A stretch of DNA of 64,000 nt from an uncultured virus (IMG/VR IMGVR_UViG_3300010347_001950) (Duplodnaviria; Heunggongvirae; Uroviricota; Caudoviricetes): IMG/VR virus record IMGVR_UViG_3300010347_001950. One strand, 5' to 3'. The notes under the pieces are model-generated. The model was given only the letters and a program-made list of their open reading frames with translations. It was not told where the DNA came from and did no database searches. Made by a program: the position numbers and the translations under genes. Of the stretch, positions 21,701 through 29,608 are shown piece after piece (the stretch's first letter is position 1; each line of letters begins with the position of its first letter).

Positions 21701-24700
21701 GTGGACTTCCGATGCCGCTGGAGATTTTTATTTTAAAACATATTATTCTGGATTAAATTTACCTGTAGATACGACTAATTATATTAATTTTTCTGATGGC
21801 GATATATTGCGCGGTTGTGTTATTAGTGATAATAATGAACTAAGCACACATACAAAATTTGCGGCAGTTGTCATCATTGACAATTCTCGGTCTTCTACAT
21901 GGAGCAACGACGAAGACGCAAATTTGTATCAGCGTCGACAACGCATAGGAGATTTAATTGAATCATTAATATTCAAAACAAGACAAAATGGTTTTTCTCC
22001 AACAAATGTAGATTTGTGGTTATATGGTTCTGGAGAAAAAAGTATTACCAATGGTTTTACTACATCAATATCTGCTTTGCGTGCTGATTTGGGCTTGTAT
22101 AACGGAAGTGGTTTGGTAAGTTCATATATTGATTCTTCTATGCGTGCAATATCTGGGATTAATCCGCAAAGCATTGTTGACGCAGTTTCGTCTACTCCAA
22201 ACGGAGTATATAATGTATATGAATATATGGATTATAATAATCTTATTAGAATTAATGATATCAGGAAATATTATGATAGTTATGCCGACAAAGCAGTTGT
22301 TTTAAAAATTTTACCACCATATACAATCAGCACTACATCTCCAATTGCGTTAACAGAAGTATGTGATGGGACAAATGTATTTAAATATAATATTCTAAAT
22401 GTTAATTATAAATATATTGATTTACAAATTAATGGCGAATCTGTAAAAAGAGATACGTTTGAAAATTTTAAAGTTGGCGTAGCATTTACTTATTCAGTAA
22501 ATTCAGATGTGTTTGCTAGTACGGCGACAATAGACAATATTAACGGCACAATCGCTTTTAAAGATGAGCCTTTGAGTAGTCAATTATCAAATGACGATTT
22601 AAGAATCTCGTTGCGTACAGATTGGGATGGAGAAAAAGATACAATCACGCAGAATGATTTGGTTTCTTCTTACCTAGTTAATATATACGCAAAATCATTT
22701 ACCCCTGTTGCACTAATATTTACAGACGGAGATAATGTCGGCAGTGGAGATACCGATCTTGTGACTATTTCGGCGAATAGTGCGTGGGACGACGACGGAT
22801 TAAAATTGCATATATTTAGCCTTGGTACATCTGCGTTGGATAAACATTCTAGATATATGGCTGATAATACAAACGGCGATCAATTTATCATATCAAATCT
22901 ACACGACGACATTGATGAGGCAGTAAACGATTTGTTCCATCAAGGCAATAACACGTTGTTTACTTCGCGCTGGAATAAAACTTTTGAAGAAATTAACGGA
23001 GTGTGGTTAAAGGATACAAAAGTGCTATATGATCAGCCAGCCGGAACAAATGTTACTGTAAAATTTAGGTATTCCACAAACAAAATAGATTGGTCTGAGT
23101 GGATCGTGCTTTATAGTGGCGCTGAGCAATTAGTTAATGATATTGTGTACAAATTTGAGTATGATATTGTAATGAACGAAGGGTGGGATAATATATTTTC
23201 TGTTCCAATTTATCCATCTGTATATTTGTTACAATATACTACTGTCCAACCATCAACAAAATTTTTTGTTACAAAGCCATATAGTGTGGGAGGGATGTTG
23301 TTTGAATATCTACTATCTCCTTCCGAAACACTGCCTGTCAGTTGTACCACCAATTGGGGGATAATAAGAGGCAATTCGTCTGACGTTGCCGATATGGAAA
23401 ATATTTTTTGTAATCGCCACGGATGTTTGCCAAATAGGCAAAATGGGATTAGATATATACCTCTCAGGAAAAGACCTCCTTCTGGCAATCCGTCGGATGG
23501 GTTATATACATATACAACCGATTATCAAACATATCATGTTTATGAAAGCACAGGGAGCATAGCTCGTTGGGACAACAACGATAGTGTTGCAGTATATGCA
23601 GATTCGATTGTTATCAACCCATCTTTGTACCAGTTGTTTGGTGATATGGGCGTTGTATATTTCAATACACCATTTGACCCAAATTTGGATGTACAAATTA
23701 GAGTAGTAATTACTACTCCTGAAAAAATTGAAGAAATTGACGGTGAGCCAACCTATACATACGATTATAGAACATATTATCTATCCAATGGCAGTTGGAG
23801 TAGAGATTCCAGTGCAATAGTGCTTGTGAATGGGAATATATGTTATGGAGGATACTGGGAAAATCCAAAAGATGGCACTATTACTTTTGCAACAGAACGT
23901 CAAAATTCAGACGTTGTATCTGTATACATACGACATGCTCCATATTTTAGGGTTGGGGTTATTGTTAAAAATTATAATTCAGAACAAGATGTTGCAATTG
24001 ATAATTATGGATTGCTTTATACTGTAATTAACAATAATCAGTTATTATTCAAATATAACAATCCGCCGCTACCATCTCTTATCGGAGTTCCTTCATTGTC
24101 AAGCCAAAATTCAAGCATTTATTCGAGAATGGTGTTAGATTATATATTTGATTCTGGTGTAAACAATACATCATATGAACGCAATACACAAACAAGGTGG
24201 TATAGAAGATATATTTCCACAACTAATATGTCTGTGGTTGGGATAGGTAGTTCGTTTGTTACTGACGATAATATTTCTTTATATGCAGGCGATATTATTA
24301 TTCCAGTCGGTATTGAAAGCCAGGCAAGAGAAATTATATACACAAGTTCTATTTCTCCATACTATGTAATTGGCGATTTTGATATAGAATTCGGACCTGT
24401 AGATTTTATTATTACACATGGTTTGCGCCAGTACGACAACAGAGTAACACAGCCTACGCGAGATGTTGGGGTGGGTAGCAACCATCCATTTAGTGTTGGC
24501 GATATGGTATATGCCGATGTCGCTCCGTCAAATGGTATATTAACGGGGAGATATATAACGTCGAACACTGTAATATTAAGGGGTAGTTATACTCCTTGCG
24601 TTTGGAATCCATTTATTATTTCTGTACAGCCAGACAAGGTGTATAATGGATATCGTTATGTACCAGTAGGTGGAGAGCTTAAAGCACAATATAATTTTAG

Positions 24701-24974
24701 GGACTTGGATCATCCTAGCAGCAATATTGTTTTTAATCCAGATATGCCTCAGTCGGGGAATAATTTACAGTATGCAAACCCAGTAGTTACTAATTACAGT
24801 AGCGTAATATGGTATAAAAACGATCAAGAAATATATTATAGGGGCAGTATTATACCAGAAGGATATACACGCAATGGTGATGTACTGAACTTTGTAGTAT
24901 TACCATTTGATGGAGAAGATTATGGGGATCTGGTTGTTAGTGATTATGTGATTGTCAGCAACTCTCCGCCATAG
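15765..24974 (+). CDS. Giant (3069 aa) virion/tail-baseplate-like protein with Asp-box propeller, VWA and Ig-like repeats
   Basis: Asp-boxes SDNNGATW, SFNEGYSF and SSDDGDYW; VWA motifs IIDNSRSS, LIFTDGD and LHIFSLG; many Y.I....G.I.F modules. Confidence 0.75.
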   Translation: MAKRTPIYSYYTMEYGDYWWPRTDRQNMLTVENQLYGQYKFVGPGIYTGWNIIKMPILPDILPPVLTEAYESTIAERTLLRDAPLGSNLNYQYTKIGSPSVFGNEDIWSQIVKVTPGSGIVGVYAAKTEEPYYFRLQNEGEYDVYATPGLCLLTQGIAEIVIPDPPQENYAQTHVATYLGCVVVVGGVISPSSSVLMYASAGNNYFETNINYDLYRNDLIIPVGYSSQSKYISYDQSSSPYYVNTPYDIDIPNVGSGGTSFEIKRNARIYDINCYDQRIELNDLSGQLQQVLKLSLYRHVHIGGYNNPSKIQLSTDLILNAYGPTNTNGSPIFQIYDYNGNVFTWKESEYGIPVVRLNGNIIPSTEYRIESRTGRIYLKNSLPSGSVLQVVLPLAMQVRLTIAKDSNITSSRIYLTGIFPDISYGNTNAQGHVSWNANMFKPPQVYLRGVLQPSSRYTINASQGYIQFVGGVPSELTNPRDSDLLVVLTVLKYEIDGILSGKRIKNIDAATFNRGVLSPLRIGNLDHVGQVYFKEPATLRPNIRLFDSGDHNNYYPEIINCPVQYNTDILGFYKSSILSDNNVVILTKRGLKITDSGFTDIYDFGGWNIDFGKPVQVMDNILNAPPYTNYFNQIYARTLLADADGVPVSGRVFFSDNNGATWNELVLPTVATSRGKIRVIPTSFWVSTERQSYKVGRITYYRWLYYLYIGTYKYGLFRAVVRDGQKQGDWSWQRINFQNSGGNPTTIYDIVEVCTLRTTQNEDDITEEYERSVYLAADDGFYAAIKSQNYLKSPVSWLPKKIHWIKEGLNNNNIIISTDSDVYITHSARQIITSADNPDGTTTTTTYWKHPLETTGPFMFQHNYLNLPIVASTTSEDDIQYVDFTNSNILITTDGSILDGVSLGIGDTVLIKNFTGVNTSSYYNGLWNYLGNFDNNYSWWSRDSAIDSTLEATTSRWMQVCGGEKGSGSAWNYIPISGTINNSEFIFEDLWTRGFSTSLPEMIVNIDQLSDGIQYWVMTSCGLYRILDTKSYYDWNYPIFYKTQWNYNIQKYPKCIIPDTNKIGTYVAGSERGIWKTNSFGMEDWYRNINIFDVSDIDTTQNPTIYNSKTLTTEYKNNYILNQNAQSVRFLSTQPINSAFVMEKDYKNYYLSSWNPDGANVVIYENGNVSHSSYILDPLNGIISFDRQRPNNTKVAATIIRDGAFISGIGTIPHEEILNTFVTSGNPVTKLRTQLTPSDRTIDVQDISCIPYDTQYIEVVYRGNKERIPVVISNGVIFIPTIRTTTFIFPVNSDVFVSKIVNVKGIEDYLSIAEHNNTYHMASITGDNIIQLSIESKYQYPEIWNNFYGIQSSTNVNRGPINAIYQDLNIDGFDTVASSSTIDVSVVPTHEDRAVSPQAIYCMYGVSLSGDGMYVGSDQGIWKYNENKWHKESDLNNTSRIYSILNIDNNLSALTDNGVWSRDASGKWNQSGIYIQPTFDYSSGSWFDGNYKAYGKNDGLVFIKTGSNIDGFISDHFDPVDGKNVYGLYKDQFFRVDSQGNKKTIDALYLCTENGLYGVTEGARSGQLTAFLGGREMFGYSQTMNINGVNIPVKFYKITRSPRQNAVPLICLSNDGVRIVRNWRWCDPTGSGDDALDFVVESKSLSGHSVYCCVWKIDQVGDQTVYKLFVGTDRGVYRSFNEGYSFERCERIGGNDVAVFDLKSIGDCIFAATKDGIFTSSDDGDYWHKPSDSNSCATFDSNISSGEFFVVQDISSQRCFKAQTFTTPSDISTINKIGMYFGVDSDIGMSDIRRTNTLNIELWDADNGIPTSPLAGIGTFVYRASGEINAILSDDADINSELPQHIVEVGNTDILTWDNDQYPQEMVRVYLRDVVKNDGYIIDNNSGTIQFNPKLSGYNNSDLRIVLKSNFDPYFGFKSFCIDPPNDLLPNKQYAIVAYENVGSGSTYAFQIFRSNLSNPYSGGNICFGIGGTSDYPLMWTSDAAGDFYFKTYYSGLNLPVDTTNYINFSDGDILRGCVISDNNELSTHTKFAAVVIIDNSRSSTWSNDEDANLYQRRQRIGDLIESLIFKTRQNGFSPTNVDLWLYGSGEKSITNGFTTSISALRADLGLYNGSGLVSSYIDSSMRAISGINPQSIVDAVSSTPNGVYNVYEYMDYNNLIRINDIRKYYDSYADKAVVLKILPPYTISTTSPIALTEVCDGTNVFKYNILNVNYKYIDLQINGESVKRDTFENFKVGVAFTYSVNSDVFASTATIDNINGTIAFKDEPLSSQLSNDDLRISLRTDWDGEKDTITQNDLVSSYLVNIYAKSFTPVALIFTDGDNVGSGDTDLVTISANSAWDDDGLKLHIFSLGTSALDKHSRYMADNTNGDQFIISNLHDDIDEAVNDLFHQGNNTLFTSRWNKTFEEINGVWLKDTKVLYDQPAGTNVTVKFRYSTNKIDWSEWIVLYSGAEQLVNDIVYKFEYDIVMNEGWDNIFSVPIYPSVYLLQYTTVQPSTKFFVTKPYSVGGMLFEYLLSPSETLPVSCTTNWGIIRGNSSDVADMENIFCNRHGCLPNRQNGIRYIPLRKRPPSGNPSDGLYTYTTDYQTYHVYESTGSIARWDNNDSVAVYADSIVINPSLYQLFGDMGVVYFNTPFDPNLDVQIRVVITTPEKIEEIDGEPTYTYDYRTYYLSNGSWSRDSSAIVLVNGNICYGGYWENPKDGTITFATERQNSDVVSVYIRHAPYFRVGVIVKNYNSEQDVAIDNYGLLYTVINNNQLLFKYNNPPLPSLIGVPSLSSQNSSIYSRMVLDYIFDSGVNNTSYERNTQTRWYRRYISTTNMSVVGIGSSFVTDDNISLYAGDIIIPVGIESQAREIIYTSSISPYYVIGDFDIEFGPVDFIITHGLRQYDNRVTQPTRDVGVGSNHPFSVGDMVYADVAPSNGILTGRYITSNTVILRGSYTPCVWNPFIISVQPDKVYNGYRYVPVGGELKAQYNFRDLDHPSSNIVFNPDMPQSGNNLQYANPVVTNYSSVIWYKNDQEIYYRGSIIPEGYTRNGDVLNFVVLPFDGEDYGDLVVSDYVIVSNSPP

Positions 24975-25021
24975 GTGAGGCATATATATAAATTGAAAAA
25001 TATTATGATTGGAACACATTT

Positions 25022-26419
25022 ATGGTACATCAAGACGATATGATTTTTAGTGCCCCAGATGGAGAATTTGAGGTTGCATTTGGAGCGCTAACAGATAGCC
25101 AAATTACTGACTGGGGATTAATGTCAACTGGTATACCAGACGCTCATAAACTTACCCAAGGCGATGGCATTAAGGTAGCAATTCTTGATACCGGAACTTC
25201 TAATCATGTTGATCTTAACGACAATATTATAGACAGAAGAAGCACTGTTTATGGCAGTAGTACAGAAGACAAAAAGGGACATGGATGTATTTTGCCATCT
25301 GATTTAGTGTATACATCGATTTTTGGTATTAAATCAATAGAATATGTATTTGAGAATATTCCTTGTGAAGATTTTGTAGTTCAGCGCGATACAATTATTA
25401 GAGATATTTCAAAATATAATTTTTATACAGTTTCTGTAGATAAAAATGGAGACATAGTAAAGGGTAATATTAAATATATACACAAATTGCCATACAACGA
25501 TGCTATATATAATGTTATTTTGGATGACGGGGAATTACATTTAACTCCGTGGCATCCAGTGTATATAAATAACAAATTAGATGTTTCTGTTAGAGCAGAT
25601 CAACTAAATATAGGAGACAATTTATATTCATACCAAAAAGAACGCAACAACCAAATTAAAGATATTGTCAAAACCAAATACAGTGGTTTTGTTTATGATT
25701 TTACAATTGATGGTTACCACAACTATATTGCAAATGGATATATGGTAAGTAATACACATTGCTCTGGGATTGTTGCTGCTCTTGATAATAATATTGGGGT
25801 ATTGGGTGTAGCTCCAAAAGCAAAACTTATACAAATTAAAGTAATAAATGATAACGGCATTGGTGATTCGAGATCTTTGGTATCTGGAATTGAATTGGCA
25901 GAATCTCTTGGGGCAGATATTATCAATATGAGCTTTGGCTCTACGATCGAGCCACCACAGTTTGTTCATGAGGCTATTAAAACCGCCGCAAATAAAGGAA
26001 TTATATTGGTTGCTGCTGCTGGGAATAATGCCGGCGAAATAGCATATCCGGCAAGATATGATGAAGTTATCGCAACCGCAGCTATGGATAGGGATGGTGG
26101 TATGGCAAAATTTTCTTCTAGAGGAGAAAAAATAGATTTTGGAGCGCCAGGTGTTCAAATTTATTCAACGTATTTAAATAATCAATATGCCGTTTTTAGT
26201 GGTACATCTCAGGCGTGCCCATTTATATCTGGATGCTGTGCACTTATATTAAGCTATCTTCGTTCTAATCCTTCTGTCGCAGTAGTGAAAAATTATATTG
26301 ATATGTTGAAAATACTTGATAGATTTTCTTCGTCACAGCCTGGCACTATTATGTTTGCAAAAAATAGTGAATTTGGATATGGGGTGCCAAAATTTGCCAA
26401 TGTAGATTGGTTAAAATAA
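25022..26419 (+). CDS. Subtilisin (S8) serine protease containing a mini-intein
   Basis: Catalytic motifs VAILDTG, GHG|THCSGIVAA, AAAGN and SGTSQA. The His motif is interrupted by a Hint domain. Confidence 0.92.
   Translation: MVHQDDMIFSAPDGEFEVAFGALTDSQITDWGLMSTGIPDAHKLTQGDGIKVAILDTGTSNHVDLNDNIIDRRSTVYGSSTEDKKGHGCILPSDLVYTSIFGIKSIEYVFENIPCEDFVVQRDTIIRDISKYNFYTVSVDKNGDIVKGNIKYIHKLPYNDAIYNVILDDGELHLTPWHPVYINNKLDVSVRADQLNIGDNLYSYQKERNNQIKDIVKTKYSGFVYDFTIDGYHNYIANGYMVSNTHCSGIVAALDNNIGVLGVAPKAKLIQIKVINDNGIGDSRSLVSGIELAESLGADIINMSFGSTIEPPQFVHEAIKTAANKGIILVAAAGNNAGEIAYPARYDEVIATAAMDRDGGMAKFSSRGEKIDFGAPGVQIYSTYLNNQYAVFSGTSQACPFISGCCALILSYLRSNPSVAVVKNYIDMLKILDRFSSSQPGTIMFAKNSEFGYGVPKFANVDWLK
25286..25753 (+). 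mobile_element. 156-aa mini-intein (no homing endonuclease)
   Basis: Block A CILPSDLVYT, block B LTPWHPVY, blocks F/G VYDFTIDGYHNYIANGYMVSN, with Thr at +1. Confidence 0.9.
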
Positions 26420-26432
26420 AACAAACGGAAGA

Positions 26433-27128
26433 TTGTTGGGAATGTATATATATAGTCAAAAAAAATACGAAGATCCAATTAAGCATGTAATTAAGAAATC
26501 GATAAATGCTTCTTGCACTGTATATGTTAGAATATATTCTGGGCGCGCGAAAGTGCATAATACATGGAATATAGGAAGTGGATTCCACATTTATAATAGC
26601 GGATATGTAGTGACCGCCTCGCATGTAACACCCCCTGAATTGATAAATACTTTTTATGAAATTTTATTATTATTCCCAGGCAATGTATATTATCCAGCTA
26701 CAATTGCTGTTACAGAACCAAAATATGATTGTGCTTTGCTATATGCTCCAGATATAATTAACAAAGTTCCTTCTGTTGAATTGGCTGATAGCGACACCGT
26801 TGAAATTGGTGATTTAGTTGCGGTTATTTCTTCGCCAGAGGGAATGTCCGCCACAGCTACAGTTGGGAGGGTTGTTAATGTACATCAGGGCATGGGAGTG
26901 TTTGCCCCGTCAGAAGCATGGGCTGATGATTTGATTATTATAGATGCCGATATTCTTGAGGGGTCGAGTGGAGGCATGTGCATTTTAACAGACGGGAAAG
27001 TTGCTGGGTCTGTAATGGGAGAGTTTGGACAACATGTAGATATGTACGGGGCTGGCCATAGAGCGGTGTGCCCATCTAATAAAATAAAAGAAATTTATAG
27101 GAAATTACAGGAAAAACCCAACCCATAG
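26433..27128 (+). CDS. Trypsin-like (S1/HtrA-type, no PDZ) serine protease
   Basis: GSGF, VVTASHV, YDCALL and GSSGG give an intact triad. The start is probably ATG 26442. Confidence 0.85.
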   Translation: MLGMYIYSQKKYEDPIKHVIKKSINASCTVYVRIYSGRAKVHNTWNIGSGFHIYNSGYVVTASHVTPPELINTFYEILLLFPGNVYYPATIAVTEPKYDCALLYAPDIINKVPSVELADSDTVEIGDLVAVISSPEGMSATATVGRVVNVHQGMGVFAPSEAWADDLIIIDADILEGSSGGMCILTDGKVAGSVMGEFGQHVDMYGAGHRAVCPSNKIKEIYRKLQEKPNP

Positions 27129-27139
27129 AGGGGTAAGAT

Positions 27140-27428
27140 GAGAACGCCCTAACACAAATGACTTGGAGACGTTTTGTCGTGCAGAACACTGTTAGCAGCG
27201 TGAGTACCGAAATCATCAAGAAATACATCGAAAACCAGAAAATAACCTAATGCAAATCGTCAAGTGCTTCCGATATAGGATTTCGCCAACATCTTGTCCG
27301 AGGGATTGAGATTAGTGGCGGCAGGAATTGCCGCCACTTAAAACACCTTTGGAGGAGACGCAAGACTTGTAACGGCAAGCTATCACCAATGAAGAAGTAA
27401 GCCGCGCCATTATGGGTGGGGTAATTCA
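27140..27428 (+). mobile_element. Internally deleted IS605-type element
   Basis: TnpA C-terminus TVSSVSTEIIKKYIENQK* is followed by a TnpB-like tail NILSEGLRLVAAGIAAT*NTFGGDAR and a right end GGGGTAATTCA. Confidence 0.75.
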
Positions 27429-27688
27429 CATTACAATGCCAGAAAACAAATCTATAATGGGCAGAGATGAGCGCAGGCAATGCAAAAATGCAATGGCGCT
27501 AATCAACCGGCGTCATATTACTGGAATGTATAATTGAATCTAGAAGTAGAAACCAACACGGAATTTAAATACTTGATCTTGGCGGCGAGATTCGACTAAT
27601 ATTTTGTAATAAAAGAATGGATTTTGTTAATTAGTGCAGAAACATAATAATAGATCTATAAATTATAATACAATATTGGAGGCTTATT

Positions 27689-29332
27689 ATGATAACAACA
27701 ACAAAGAGCGATGTATGTGTTTATGTGGCAGCAAGCGACGCTCCGCTAAATATGCGCAATAATGCTGACTATGTGTGTGATGGGGTTGCAGATCAGGTTG
27801 AAATACAACTTGCGATAAATTCTCTGACTTTATTTGATAAAGGCGGTAAGGTATGCTTGTCCCCTGGTACGTTTGTGTCGTCTGCCCCAATTATTTGTAA
27901 ATCCAAAGTTAGTATTTGTGGTTCTGGAGAATGGTCAACAATTATTAGGGCGGTAGATGGGTCAAAACATACTGTGTTTGATGTAGAGTGTTCATTTGTT
28001 GATACTGGGAAAGCAAGCGGTGGTAGTAACACTTCTATTGTTGACACAAAAAAATCATGGGCAAAAGATGCTTTGAGTAATAAATATTTGATTATGTATG
28101 GTGGCACCGGCGCTGGTCAATGCACAAAAATTATAAGCAACGATGCCAATTCTATGGTAATCGACCCTGTGCAAATTTCTCCAGATGACACTACGTGGTA
28201 TAGGATTGTCGGAGGTGGCGCACATGGAATTACCATATCTGATTTAACGATAAGCCAAACAAACACTCCATATTACAACAAAATTACGTCTTCTTCTGCA
28301 TTTACATGTACACAATCTAGATATAAATGGGGGAAAGATGAACTTTCTGGCAAGTTTTGTACTATAGTGTCTGGCAGTGGTGCTGGGCAAGTAAGACGAA
28401 TTGCTTCAAATGATAGCAATACATTCACTGTATATCAGCCATGGAGTGTCCAGCCATCTGCAGATGATTATTTCTGCATAGGAAGTACTGGGGTTGGATG
28501 GCTCGAAAACTCTCCTTCGTTTGTCACAATTAATAATGTAGAGTTGATTGTATATGGCGTGCCAATTATATGTAATGGGATGGCGCGATTATTAAATTCT
28601 AGAGTTATTACAATTAATTATTCGTTTGGAATTATGCTTGTAAACGAAGGGTGTGTTGAAGTTATTGGGAAGCCAACAATTGGAAGAACCATGGTATCAG
28701 GATGTTATGGTAATGGGTCGAGATATGGGCTTGTGTGTGTTGGCAGAGAAAAAAGCGGTGTGGTAATAACTGGCAACATAATTACTGGTACAGATTATCC
28801 AAGCGCAGGCGTTACATTGAATGGCGCTGTTGGAGTAACAATAACAGGGAATTATTTTGATGCGCTTGATACTATCACTACCACCGCCTCCGGCAAAGTG
28901 TCTTCGGCTACAGAAAATACCTTGCTTGATTCTTCTCAGTCATGGGTTAACGACGCTCATGTTACAAAGGTAGCAGAAATACTATCTGGCACTGGAGCTG
29001 GTCAACGCCGAAGGATTGTTTCAAATACAAACAATCAACTAACGGTAAGACCGAATTGGAATGTTGTTCCAGATACTACATCTTGCTATCGCATAGTAAG
29101 TAGAACGCTTGCGTGTGTTAGAATCCAATCTGGAAGCAAGGGGATTGTAATTTCTGGAAATACATTTAGATTAGATCAAAACGGAGCATTATACGGTGTT
29201 TGGAATCAGTCAGGGCATGGCATAAATGTATGCGGGAACACATTTGTTGGAGATATTACTGATGGGTTTGTACCAATAGTCGATGACTGTGGGGGGGTTG
29301 TGGAGACAGGTAATATTAGTTGTGTTGTGTAA
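27689..29332 (+). CDS. Tail spike / pectate-lyase-like beta-helix protein
   Basis: ADYVCDGVADQVEIQ.AIN...GGKV.L.PGTF head, ITGN-type beta-helix rungs and three GxGAGQ..I.SN modules. Confidence 0.7.
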   Translation: MITTTKSDVCVYVAASDAPLNMRNNADYVCDGVADQVEIQLAINSLTLFDKGGKVCLSPGTFVSSAPIICKSKVSICGSGEWSTIIRAVDGSKHTVFDVECSFVDTGKASGGSNTSIVDTKKSWAKDALSNKYLIMYGGTGAGQCTKIISNDANSMVIDPVQISPDDTTWYRIVGGGAHGITISDLTISQTNTPYYNKITSSSAFTCTQSRYKWGKDELSGKFCTIVSGSGAGQVRRIASNDSNTFTVYQPWSVQPSADDYFCIGSTGVGWLENSPSFVTINNVELIVYGVPIICNGMARLLNSRVITINYSFGIMLVNEGCVEVIGKPTIGRTMVSGCYGNGSRYGLVCVGREKSGVVITGNIITGTDYPSAGVTLNGAVGVTITGNYFDALDTITTTASGKVSSATENTLLDSSQSWVNDAHVTKVAEILSGTGAGQRRRIVSNTNNQLTVRPNWNVVPDTTSCYRIVSRTLACVRIQSGSKGIVISGNTFRLDQNGALYGVWNQSGHGINVCGNTFVGDITDGFVPIVDDCGGVVETGNISCVV

Positions 29333-29365
29333 AATATAATCAGTTTTATACTAGGAATATAAATT

Positions 29366-29608
29366 ATGGCAGCATTATTTAAATCTCAAGAATCTTTACA
29401 AGATCGTATTATTAGACTCAAAACACTAAATGATAATATATCTAATCTACAGCAGGCTATTGATGTATTACAGAACGATCTTGACGTTGAGCGTGCAAAT
29501 TGTGGGCATGAGCTAATTAAGGATGCTGACGGCGTCCAGTACTGTGCCATCTGCGGCGCTGACCTCACCACGCAGATCAGCCTCGGCAAGATCAAGGTGC
29601 TCGGGTAA
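29366..29608 (+). CDS. Small coiled-coil/Zn-finger protein (chimeric: AT-rich 5' half, GC-rich 3' half)
   Basis: Coiled coil, then C.H...CAICG; TAATG overlap with the next gene. Confidence 0.65.
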   Translation: MAALFKSQESLQDRIIRLKTLNDNISNLQQAIDVLQNDLDVERANCGHELIKDADGVQYCAICGADLTTQISLGKIKVLG

